Shown piece by piece: positions 40,265 through 50,406 of a DNA stretch of 50,406 nt. A program made the position numbers and the translations under genes. Numbering within the stretch: position 1 is the first letter of the stretch; each line of letters begins with the position of its first letter. Origin of the DNA: Girardia tigrina (lineage: Eukaryota); NCBI GenBank assembly GCA_001938485.1, contig MQRK01203367.1, positions 35,436-85,841 of the forward strand, read 5' to 3'. A model generated the notes under the pieces. It ran no database searches. It was given only the letters and a program-made list of their open reading frames with translations, and had not been told where the DNA came from.

Positions 40265-40460
40265 TTAGGTGTACAAGTATGAAATGCGGATTAAATTTTG
40301 AAAAGAAATACGTTAAAAACAAAAGAACGATAAAAAAAGCTTTATTCAAAATATGCTCCATTACTAATGATACATTTGTCCCATCTATATCTCAAATTGT
40401 GGATACCTCGCCAGTAAAAGTCTTCCTTTTTTTCCATGAACCATTTATCGACCCATAATA
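40265..40460 (-). mobile_element. mariner 3' fragment with TIR
   Basis: Minus frame WVDKWFMEKKEDFYWRGIHNLRYRWDKCIISNGAYFE*; TA|TTAGGTGTACAAGTATGAAAT is a Mos1-like TIR. Confidence 0.85.
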
Positions 40461-40593
40461 AATGCAGGAAAAAATTATTCTTAAAAAATTTTCTTAAAAA
40501 TTATATAATTCTTATTTTGAGAATTCTAGTGGAGTTTATTTATACATGAACAAAATATGAATTAAAAATTAAAATCATTCTTGCTATACTTAA

Positions 40594-40817
40594 CCCTTTC
40601 CAGCCCAAATTATTATTTTTGAAAAAAATTTTTTTATTGTTGTTTTGTTTCATATTAACAAGTGAGGATCGCGCTTTTTTGCATTCTAATATATGTAGTG
40701 TCCTATATTAGACTTTTTAGAAACTATTACTGTGTAAATTTTAAATTGGGTAAAAGAGATAACTGTAATTTAATTTTTCAAATATATTGCCATATGACAA
40801 CAATGGGCTGGAAAGGG
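40594..40817. mobile_element. piggyBac-type MITE, 224 bp
   Basis: TTAA on both sides (40590-40593, 40818-40821); perfect 14-bp TIR CCCTTTCCAGCCCA / TGGGCTGGAAAGGG. Confidence 0.92.
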
Positions 40818-41389
40818 TTAAAGTAAATGTTTGTGATAAATGTTTATAGATGGAATAGTGACTGCATTTGATTACGGATTTTTACTCGACAAAGAAAGTT
40901 CTTTATTTGTATTGATTTTCACTGTTCCTATGTCCCGAGCATTTAGTACCCACGTAATCGAAAATAAGTATATTAAAAAGTTAATGAATATAGTAAATCA
41001 AAAGTTTGAAAAAGTTTAAAAAAATTTAGGAAAAAAAGAAAAACTTTTATTTTTTACAATTATTTGAGACTCTACCAAAACTTTTTTTAAACAGAAACTG
41101 ATAGTTTTAGGTTTTTTAAATAAATATTTTGTAGTGATTTTTTATTTACTTTTTAAATTTTTTTTAGTTCTTACAGATTTTAAGAAAGGTGAAACGTGTC
41201 TTCATATTTACTATGTGTTAACTGTATTTTTTACACGTTTTTCACAAGAATTTCTAGGAAGCGTATCTACCGTGTAAAAAGAGAATTAAGTATATAGTAG
41301 TGTTGAAACGTTATTAGAATTCTAAATCTTCAATTCAAGTTCAGTTCAGAACAAGGATTCTATCATTGGATAATCAGCGGAATTAATTA

Positions 41390-41750
41390 GTCAGGACCAG
41401 TTGCTTCGGCAACTAGTGCAATAACCAGTCGGACACATCTCTAAGCGGTGTCCCTGGAAAACTAGAATCCGTCTCTAAGCTAAAGTGCTTGACGCTGTGC
41501 CATTAAATATTTGCAAAGGTCGGCTGCGATTGTAACGTGGCTAGAAATCCGTTACTTGAAGGCTAGCTACAAATCTGGGTGTGAAGTCTGTAGGGAGTAG
41601 TGACCCTGCAGTCGACGATGAGATAGCATCACAATGAGTGCCGATGAATCAATTGTCAATGCCTGCATAGGGGGAGTGGTATAAAGGCCCTGTCAGCATC
41701 TCATGTCCTTCTAAAAAACATATAGGCTTAATACCTAAAAGAAGCAGCGA
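41390..41750 (+). ncRNA. Candidate structured RNA of unknown class (possibly a retroelement 5' UTR)
   Basis: GC-rich, no ORF, several stems including a C(UUCG)G hairpin; G-U wobbles favour the + strand. Confidence 0.4.
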
Positions 41751-41899
41751 AGTTCACTTATTTAGAGTCACATTTTAAAAACAAACAAACATTGAAAGAT
41801 AACCAATACTAATAGCACATATACAATTACTAAAAATGTATTTTTAAATCCCGTGTTTTTAATTGAAATCAGTATAATTAATATAAAAAAACGGAAAGT

Positions 41900-41991
41900 C
41901 ACAGAGCCTTTCACACTCCCTTCTGTCACAAAGTGTCACAAATTTCTTACCCCCTGCCCCCTTAAAGCGTGACATCCTTTATGGACAGCCC
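41900..41991. mobile_element. MITE terminus (possibly PIF/Harbinger-like)
   Basis: GTCACA repeats, a C-rich tract and end GCGTGACATCCTTTATGGACAGCCC resemble a widespread invertebrate MITE TIR; no partner end seen. Confidence 0.4.
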
Positions 41992-42379
41992 ATTATAATA
42001 ATGGAAGAATTTCGTTTAAGTTTTTTTTTAAAATACAAGATAAACAATTGAAATAGAAACTCTATAATTTGAATATTTCTAATAGGACATTTTTTTTTAA
42101 AATGAATTAAAATGAAAGAATTTTCCCGAAATTTTTAAAGGATAAAATTTTAAAAAGATATGTGGTAAAAACAAATAAAATTTGGAATGATGTCAATTTC
42201 CTATTCTTCTTTAAATTAAGATTCGAAAAATCAATAATTATTTATTATTAAGATAAAATTAGAAATTGTAAATGAAACATGCGGTAAGTACTTAAAGTAT
42301 TATAAAGAATTATTAATATTATTTTTTGCTATACAACCTTTTGATATTAAATGAATTTACCAAATAGAACACGAAAACT

Positions 42380-42765
42380 TTAGTTTTCTGAAAGCTTTTT
42401 TCATCGAGTGTCAGAGTCATACTGATCAAATCAATTTCCAGTGGATTGAAGATGTAACAGTTCCTGAACACTAGCCTCATATGGTTGATATTCTCGTCAG
42501 CGTTGAAATAGAATTTCTTTATCAATAGATTATTGATTGTCTTAAAATCCATTTGGATAATGAACGATTTTAGTATGCGCAGTGTGATCCACATGATGGA
42601 GAAATTGAAACGAATATTTATGAAGTATTAGTTGAGGTAGAATTTTCTTTTCGATAAACTGAAGCCGATTTGCAAGAATATTTGCCGGGCAAGATCGATC
42701 GGAACTGACAACAGTTTTTTTTCGATTTGTTGGGAGACCTCAACACAGTCATCCGAAATGAGCAT
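42380..42765 (-). pseudogene. BET-family first bromodomain (BD1) fragment, frameshifted
   Basis: ANRLQFIEKKILPQLILHKYSFQFLHHVD (compare TNQLQ..LWKHQFAWPFQQPVD), then a frameshift into MDFKTINNLL..FRNCYIFN (compare MDMGTIKKRL..FTNCYIYN). Confidence 0.75.
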
Positions 42766-43333
42766 ATTTGATAAGTAATTGATGAATGAAAAATGGAATG
42801 GGTCTTTAGAAAAATCGAAAAATCATAATTTGAAAAAAATAAAAATAGTGAAGAGAAAGTGAAATTTAAATTTATTATTAAACATCAGAAAATCCGTTAA
42901 ACAAATTGCTCAATTATCAAAAATAACAATAATTAATTTTGTCATTGTTATTTTCGGTTACTATTGAGAATTTTAGCACTAAGAACTTTTTGTTATAAAT
43001 AACAATATGTGATTTTACTATAAAAATATATTTGAAAATATTGTTATTATTTTTGGTCTCTACAACTACTTTTACATGAAAATGATCTTCCTCAAGGCGA
43101 AATATAATTTATTTGTACTCGAGGGGGGGTAGATATACTAACAGTTGCCCAGTCTATGGGTATTGATTAAACGAACAATTGTCTAAGATGTTTTAGACTA
43201 TTTCTAATAGAGTGAAAAACTTATCAATCTTGTTTCAATGAGAATTTGAACAAACAAATAATATGGTTTAACCAATTAAAAGATCCTAATTACTATTATA
43301 TATTTCAAAATTATATTTATTTTTTATTTAATA

Positions 43334-44209
43334 ATGAACAACACCATAGATTATTGTGGCATGGTACAGGGACTTTCGAGAGGCTCACCGACGAATTCGT
43401 TATATTATATTTATTTTCCCGTTTCTCTGATCGGAATGATCGCAAATGTATTTCTTTTACACATGTACAAATATTATCAAATTAAAGTCCTTGGTAAAAG
43501 AGAAACATTTGTATTTTTAATGAAGTCTTTGTCTGTGGCGAGCCTTTTCAACTCATTTTTGTTGGTCACAGATCTCGTCACTCTCATTGTCCAATTGTAT
43601 ACATTATATCAATTAATAGAGATTATAATCGGTTTCAGAAATTCAATGCTTATATCACAAAACTTGATCTATGTTTTACTGGCAATTGATCGATTGTTGG
43701 CTGTCACTGATCCGATCAGCACAAGATGGAAAGTAAAGGCTATTAAAGTTATTTTATTTATATTCGCACCAATATTTACAATTATCAATGTTTCTTTGGC
43801 AGTTTGTTTTATTAGTTTCTATTTGAGTTGCATTATACGAACAAATTGCGTCACTTTATTAAGAATATACTATACGGGCATTCTAACATTACTTGTTTTG
43901 ATAAATTATTCGTGTTATATCGGTCTATTTTTGTTTGTTATGTTCCGAGTGAAGAAGAATCCGTCTGACACTTCTCGAGGAACAATTAAAATGGCAAAGG
44001 TTATATTCTTTTTGACAGTTTTATTCAACATCTCTCTCATTCCGGGTATTTATTCATCAATTACGAAAATCTACCCAGGATATATTTTAAATTATATGTT
44101 ATATTTGAATATAACTATCAATCCGATTATATTTATAATTAAAAACGAATTTTTGAGAATATTAATTCTCTCGAAATTGAGATTGATCCTAAATGTGGTT
44201 CAAACGTGA
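43334..44209 (+). CDS. Intronless rhodopsin-like (class A) 7TM receptor, paralogue 2, 291 aa
   Basis: Same architecture as 15258-16139, DRLLAV in TM3, NPIIF in TM7; about 28 amino-acid differences counted by eye. Confidence 0.9.
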   Translation: MNNTIDYCGMVQGLSRGSPTNSLYYIYFPVSLIGMIANVFLLHMYKYYQIKVLGKRETFVFLMKSLSVASLFNSFLLVTDLVTLIVQLYTLYQLIEIIIGFRNSMLISQNLIYVLLAIDRLLAVTDPISTRWKVKAIKVILFIFAPIFTIINVSLAVCFISFYLSCIIRTNCVTLLRIYYTGILTLLVLINYSCYIGLFLFVMFRVKKNPSDTSRGTIKMAKVIFFLTVLFNISLIPGIYSSITKIYPGYILNYMLYLNITINPIIFIIKNEFLRILILSKLRLILNVVQT

Positions 44210-47135
44210 TCCGATCAAAGTCGATGAAGACAACAAATGTGACATCTTTTATATTCACAAATTACTCACGAATTTTAACATTACTTTTGTTTTCATTCGC
44301 ACAGAATAGAGTCAAAGAATTTGTTGTAAAATTTCTTTAATTAATAATTGTAAAAATATCACGTTGGAAAATAAATAAAATTTTGACAATCAATAAATTT
44401 TATGTTTTAAAATTTTAATCATTTCTCAATTATTGAAATTTGTCAACGTCAAGGAAATTAACTCCTCATAAATTTAATGCCAAACAATTATTAACAAAAT
44501 CAATTAAATTCAAATTACAACGATTTCGATTTGTCGTAATATTTCTCTATTTCTAGTGGTTATATCTCGTTATTTGAATAAAAATTTATCCTTAGTAATT
44601 TTACAATTAAATATATCTTTGTTTGGAAATATCGTTTGAATTTTTACCATGTTTATGAAAACGAATCAATTTTGTTTTTTTTGTCATTGAGCAAAAGTGC
44701 CCGGTTGGTACATAAATAAATTCGCCGCATGTATCGCCCTGAAGGCGTCCTTTACACCCGGCCCTGGTTTCCACAGGGGTTCTTTCACTAGCGGCCTACC
44801 CCCGCACCCATCACTTGGGTGAACGTTTCCGCCAAGCCTGACACTTTCACTCACTGCATCCTTAATAACTCATCATCGAATTCCGTAAAATTTTTATTTT
44901 AATCTTCATCTCTCAATGGTTTAATATCGATTTTATCACTCTTTGCTTTATTTTGATTTTTTCTTTTGTAAATTATTTTTATTATTATATATCTGTTTTC
45001 TTTGATTATTTTTTTACTATTGATAACACCTTGTCGATATATGTCTTTTGAATTCTTTTATAATTCTTGAACATTCTCTTTGATTCTCTTTTCTAAACGT
45101 AAAGCCTCCTCTCGACATGCCTGTTGCGGTAGCGCAGTAATTCAATACTCCCACGAGGCGCCAAAGTGGGGAGGACGTTTTTGTTACCGTTATAATAATT
45201 ATTATTATTATTTAAATATATACGTAGACAAAACACATCATATATTTTTGGCAATTTGATAGTCTGTGGCTTTGATGAGGACCATTCCACGGTCCCGAAT
45301 GATTGTCCCAGACAACAATCATTCGAAATGAATATCACGATTATCTCCTTCTTCATCGCCATGACAAACAAACCACGACCGAGACTCTGTCATTCTTGCT
45401 GCCAACGCATTTTGCAAGCAAACGGGCAACGAAACCCCACTCCTGACAAGATCATCCTCTGCCAACGGAGAATAAAAGGCATCTTTAATATCTTTGAAAT
45501 TTCAATATTATTAATTATTTTATAATAATTTTAATTTGATCTTCTTTCGTAATGCTCTTTTTAGGACTATATCCCAGACTTAATACATTCGTTTAATCGT
45601 GGTTGTGATTTTCTTATACTCTTTCATTTGTTAGGATCAGAGAGCTTTTCCTTTGGCTCGGCCTCGGGCCTATTCATTGCACCGACATCGAGGCGGGCAA
45701 AAGAGAAGACTCTCAGGATCTAAAAACCAAAAAATAAAAATGATTATAATTATAAATTATAATATTAATTAATTAAAGAAAAGAAAAACTTTTAATTGGT
45801 TTTGGACCTTGGTTCCATTGAATTGAATATTTTCTGGTGGGAATTGTTGACCTGATTTTTTAACGTGGGTTTGGTCGTCTTCGGATTGTTTCTATCTGAG
45901 TGATGTATGATTGAAGGTTGACTGTAAGAATTGTCTGCTTTCTGGTTCTGTGAGTTTTTGTAACGTAAGGTTGGTATAAATTCGTCTGATTTTGAACACT
46001 CTACCAGAACTTTTATCATTAAATATATTTTTTAAAAAGAATTTGACTTGGTAAATTTTACCTTTAATTTTTTTTGTTGATTGAGGTTTTGAGATGTCCT
46101 CATGGTTGCCGATTCGTCGATGGGTAACGGCAGATGCTGATAGTGCCTACCGAGACTGTTGATGATCAAGCAGTAAATATTTCTCGAGAATATTTGTAAG
46201 CTACCGATCTGTCAATAAGAGGTGACAGGTGCTTTTAGTGCCTGCCGAGCCTGTTGACGATCTGGTTGTGAAAAGACGTTATTGTTAAACTGAGGATTTG
46301 TCTTTACTTATCTCCATCAACTATTTTTTATTTATTTATTTTTTATTTTTTTATTTTCATCAATAAATCCACTTCTCATCCTCAATTAGTTAATGAATAG
46401 ACCGATTTATGAAAAAGAAGATAGAGGGTTGCTTCATGAGCTTCAGAAAAGGAGGGAAGAAATTGTCAAAATTACAAAAAGAGTTGTCCGAAAAAAAATG
46501 GAGTTCGAGGAATACAGAAGAATTTCAGTTCCTTTATCAGTACACAAACCGATGGTGGACAAATATATGTTATCGCAACAAAAAAACAAAGGCCTTACAG
46601 GTTGAAATTACTGAGTTGAGGATTCAACAAAATATTTCGGAGTACCACAAAAAGATCATAAAGAAAATCCCCAGGAAGATCCTGCGATGATCTTGGAGAC
46701 TGCTTCTAGAATTGCAGCGAAGGAATCCATGGATGCGAAAGATTGAAACCTTGATTCATCTTCAATAATTCATGAATCTATCAATAAGGATGATATGATG
46801 GCATCAATGACCGGCAAAATGAGCCGAACAAAGAAAAGGCGCGAGCAACGAAAACGAAAGGCGCAACTATTCCAACAAGTAGAAACTGAATTGAAAAAGA
46901 TTCAAGGTTCAGGCTCAGGTACATTGGATGATTATGCAGATGTTATGTATCATGTCAGTGCATGTTTTAAGTACAATAGGAGTTTTTACATGTCATTTCT
47001 ACATATAATATAAAACGTTACGTATCTTGGATACGGTAACAATGGTACTTGGGATTGTTGATGCCTACGCTGGGGTACATTAAGCGATTCATGAGGTATT
47101 GTTTGATGGTAAATAACATACATATATCACATGGG

Positions 47136-47166
<31 letters not shown>

Positions 47167-47185
47167 CGAAAAAAGTACTTGGCCC

Positions 47186-48040
47186 CGATTTTTGAGCACA
47201 TTTTTGAGAATTTCAGAAATGTTCGAAAAAATTGATTTATCAGCACTTTTTCAAAAATGTTGATGTAGAACCTGAATGTACGTATACGGGTTATTATTCA
47301 AAAACATCAGCACTTTTTTGAAATTCTGCTTTCTTGTCCCTCTACCTAGGCCTAAAATCGATGTGCATTTTGTGTAAATTTGCACATTATGCTAATTATA
47401 AGGAAAAGTAATCAATATATAAAATTTCTAATTGCACAGTTAGATAGAAAATCAAAATATGCATCAAACACACGATATTGATTTTTGCACTTTTGCACAT
47501 GTGCAACGTAAAACACATTGTGCTGGCACATTATAAATATGCGATACAATATGCACTATCGATCAGCACTTTAAAAATGTCGATTAGCACATCTTGGCAC
47601 TATGCAGTAATCGATTAGCACTTTTTTCTATGGTTGTTATGGAAAGGGGCACGGTTGCTATGGATACGGTAACAGTTACCATGGTTACAACCGCCTTGAA
47701 TCACTGTATACGTTGCTAATGAAAAACGTCCCTTGGTTACCGTTGCTGTGGTAACTAAGACCTTGGTTACAGTTGCTGCCAGGCTAAGGTGATAGAGACC
47801 GTTGTTAGAGTAACCGGAACCGTTGATGCTTAGGGCTAGGGTGATCGGAACAATTGCTAGGGGATTACTGACTAATCAGAAGTGTTTTTGGGTAATCGCG
47901 ACCGTTGCTAGGGTACCAAGAACCAATAAGAAGCGTTTCCAAGTGAACCGGAACCGTTGCTATGGTAACCACGACCGATGCCATGGAAACTGGCTACCCC
48001 CACGGGGGATGTGGGCGAGAACCAGCATTTTCCCCCTACT
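47186..48040. repeat. Longest intact copy of the X-box/CCAAT repeat (Polinton/Maverick-like TIR), ending CCCCCTACT
   Basis: Homologous to 22630-24197, 1-128 and 50254-50406; X-boxes such as GTTGCTATGGTAAC (47956-47969) and GATGCCATGGAAAC (47977-47990). Confidence 0.8.
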
Positions 48041-48520
48041 TACATGTTTTAAGGAACAACTATAATAATTATAATAAAAGTATAACAAGTAACTGTCATA
48101 ATAGAAAGAGACACATTCGTCGAGTAATAAATGCAATAGTCAAATTCACAACTTTAAAAGGAAAAACAACGAGGAAAGATACTTGACCTCTGACTTGTGT
48201 CTTTGAATTTATCGAGTCATTTGATAGACCTTGTCTATTTTATATCAGATGGACTTCTTCAACTCTGATAGATATGAATCAAATTGATCTGAAAATTATT
48301 CCGTGATTACATGTTGTGGAGGTACAAAAATTTGACAAGGTTTGATTTAAAGAATCAATAATCCACAATATAAAATAAGATAGCGAATAGAATATCGAAT
48401 TCCTTTTTGTATTATTTATGATAAATTTTTTATTATTTCATAATTTTATTATACATCATTTAAGGATCCAAACCTAGTGTCGTAAAATGGAATTGGAATC
48501 AATATTAACCCTTCTAAGTA

Positions 48521-50207
48521 CTTCGGCTGTCCCGAAAGTCCTCAGGTGGCCTTTAAAAACACACTAATATTTTACCAAATTTAACCAAATTTGGACTGAA
48601 TATTATTCAGACTGTCATAAATACTGTGTTAAAATTTCAAAGCATAACATTTGAAACTTACCAAAAAAATAATATTAATAACCAACAAAAGAAATTAGAT
48701 GCAGTGAATTTAAAAATTTATTTTAAAAATTTCTTAAGCAACAACATTGTTGTCAATAACCAACTGACAATAGTTAAAAAGTTTTTCTAGTTGATTTTTT
48801 AATGTTTCTGTTGATAAAGAATTAAAAAAGAATTTACAAGCTTCTTCAATTTCTTCATGTGATTTGAAAACATGATTTTTAAAGCTTTTCTTCATTTTTG
48901 AAAGCAAGAACCTGTCATACAGATTAAAATCTGAACTATAGGGCGATTGATAATTTTTTTCAATTTTTCTTCTTTCAAAAAAATAGTTGTTTCTTTGCTA
49001 GAATGAGGTCTTGCATTATCATGCCACCACTTAAGTTCCTTTAGCTTGATGCTGTTAGATCTAAGTTTCCGCCATTTTTCACCGGTGTCATGACCAAAGT
49101 TCACATACGCCTCAGAATCAATCTTGGTACCATATGGCAGTGCTTTTATATTAAAACGTTTGTTTCAGGTAAAGGTTACGAAAACAAGAGATTTTTTATC
49201 AGTCATTGGCGATGGCTTTATCACTTTTGGTAGAACAGCATTAGAAGGAATCCAAACATTGTAATCTTCTTTCTTTTCTCTACATTGGAAAAAGACCCAT
49301 GTCTCATCCTCGATCGCTATGTTGGAATATGCTTCATCAACCATCTGTGAAATTACATGGCTTATATGCTTTGCAAATTTGTTAATTTTGGTGCGGATTA
49401 AACAAGGTGTTTTGCGGCCGGTTTAACTCTAAAAATAATTATAGTGTACCCTCTTGCCCCTACTTTTTGTACCTTCAGTTGTCAATCAGTGCAGTAGCGA
49501 CCCGTATCAATTTAACATTGAAGTTATCTTGAACTTTTTCAATTCAAGTATTTTAATTTAAATTATTAATGTTTGAATGGGTTGCGTTAATGCGTTGTTG
49601 TTTATTAGCAGCAGAAAGTTCGCGAGGGACCCAAACAGAGCAAACTTTTTTAAATGAAGTTTTTCACGCAAAATTTTGTAGACTGTATTTTTACCTAAAG
49701 AAAGTTCATTTTCAATATAACGCAAAGACGCATTTGGAGCTTTATCAATCACTTCTTTGACTGCTTTAATCTTTTCATCGTCTATTAATGACGGTCTGCC
49801 ACTTCTTGAGTAATCGTCGAAGGTTGTCCGCTTTTCTTTTTTAAAATCAGTCAACCATTGTTGAATAGTTTTCAGTGCTGCGTGATTTGCGCCTTCCCAT
49901 GCCTGCTGAAGTTGCTGAAGAATTTCTGAAGCAGAGAATCCTTTTTTACTTTGAGTTAGAACAAAAAAAACGTTGACAACATTTATTTGGTTCCATTGTT
50001 AAAAACCGCTTGATTTGAATTCGCTGCACTTTTAAAATTTCAATACTTTAATAAAACAAAATTTTACTTTTCTTTTAATTTTATGCTTTGAAATTTTAAC
50101 ACAGTATTTATGGCAGTCTGAATAATATTCAGTTCAAATTTTGTGAAATTTGGTAAAATATTAGTGTGTTTTTAAAGGCCACCTGAGGACTTTTGGGACA
50201 GCCTAAG
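48521..50207 (-). mobile_element. Full-length defective mariner (about D34D) with 127-bp TIRs and TA TSD
   Basis: TIRs 48521-48647 and 50081-50207 flanked by TA; transposase pieces RSGRP, WVPREL, EDETW, HDNARPH, PYSSDFNLYD; frameshifts, stops and an internal insertion near 49355-49560. Confidence 0.93.
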
Positions 50208-50253
50208 TATATGTATATTTATATACATAGCAAAGTAAAATCTATATATCAAT

Positions 50254-50406
50254 AGTAGTGTAAAAATGGGCATTCTCCCTCACTTAACCCCCCCCCCTGC
50301 TGGTAACCATAGCAACGATATGGGTTATCGTGGTTACCATGGCAACCGACCCGATTAACATAGCAACGGTCGCGGTTACCATAGCAACGGTCGCGATCAC
50401 CTTAGT
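50254..50406. repeat. Terminus of the X-box repeat in inverted orientation; element runs off the right edge
   Basis: Begins AGTAGTGTAAAAATGGGCATTCTCCCTCAC, reverse complement of about 90-128; X-boxes GTTACCATGGCAAC (50333-50346), ATTAACATAGCAAC (50354-50367) and GTTACCATAGCAAC (50375-50388), 21 bp apart. Confidence 0.75.

Noticed and set aside
41437-41483. Repeated TCTCTAAGC as a telomerase template, or the island as RNase P/MRP RNA
   Set aside because: No 1.5-repeat template for TTAGGG, TTAGG or TTAGGC, and no recognisable CR-I/CR-V motifs.
1-50406. Whole window as one giant element bounded by inverted X-box repeats
   Set aside because: The AGTAG termini at 128 and 50254 face into the window, so the elements extend outward; the flanks (CATTCT vs ATCAAT) are not a TSD.

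Overview
AT-rich eukaryotic DNA, most likely from a ciliated invertebrate; standard genetic code; three N gaps. Decayed mobile DNA dominates: at least six Ty3/Gypsy relics plus solo-LTR-like pieces, a full-length mariner with 127-bp TIRs, Tc1/IS630/mariner fragments, a split MULE transposase, a Helitron-like element and a piggyBac-type MITE. Only three host genes look intact: two intronless, about 90%-identical class A-like 7TM receptor paralogues (15258-16139, 43334-44209) and a two-exon CABCOCO1/C10orf107-like ciliary gene (minus, 26645-27645) with an RFX X-box beside its start codon. Broken USP9X-like and BET bromodomain fragments are also present. Three things stand out. (1) A four-copy repeat with Polinton/Maverick-like AGTAG termini whose subterminal minisatellite is a 21-bp-phased array of RFX X-boxes mixed with CCAAT boxes. 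(2) A 1817-bp TG...CA insertion with a 5-bp target-site duplication that carries the USP9X fragment and splits a MULE transposase, which rejoins in frame when it is removed. (3) Two GC-rich islands that fold like structured RNAs (about 41390-41750 on +, about 44695-44860 on -). All family assignments come from motif recognition by eye; no database searches were run.
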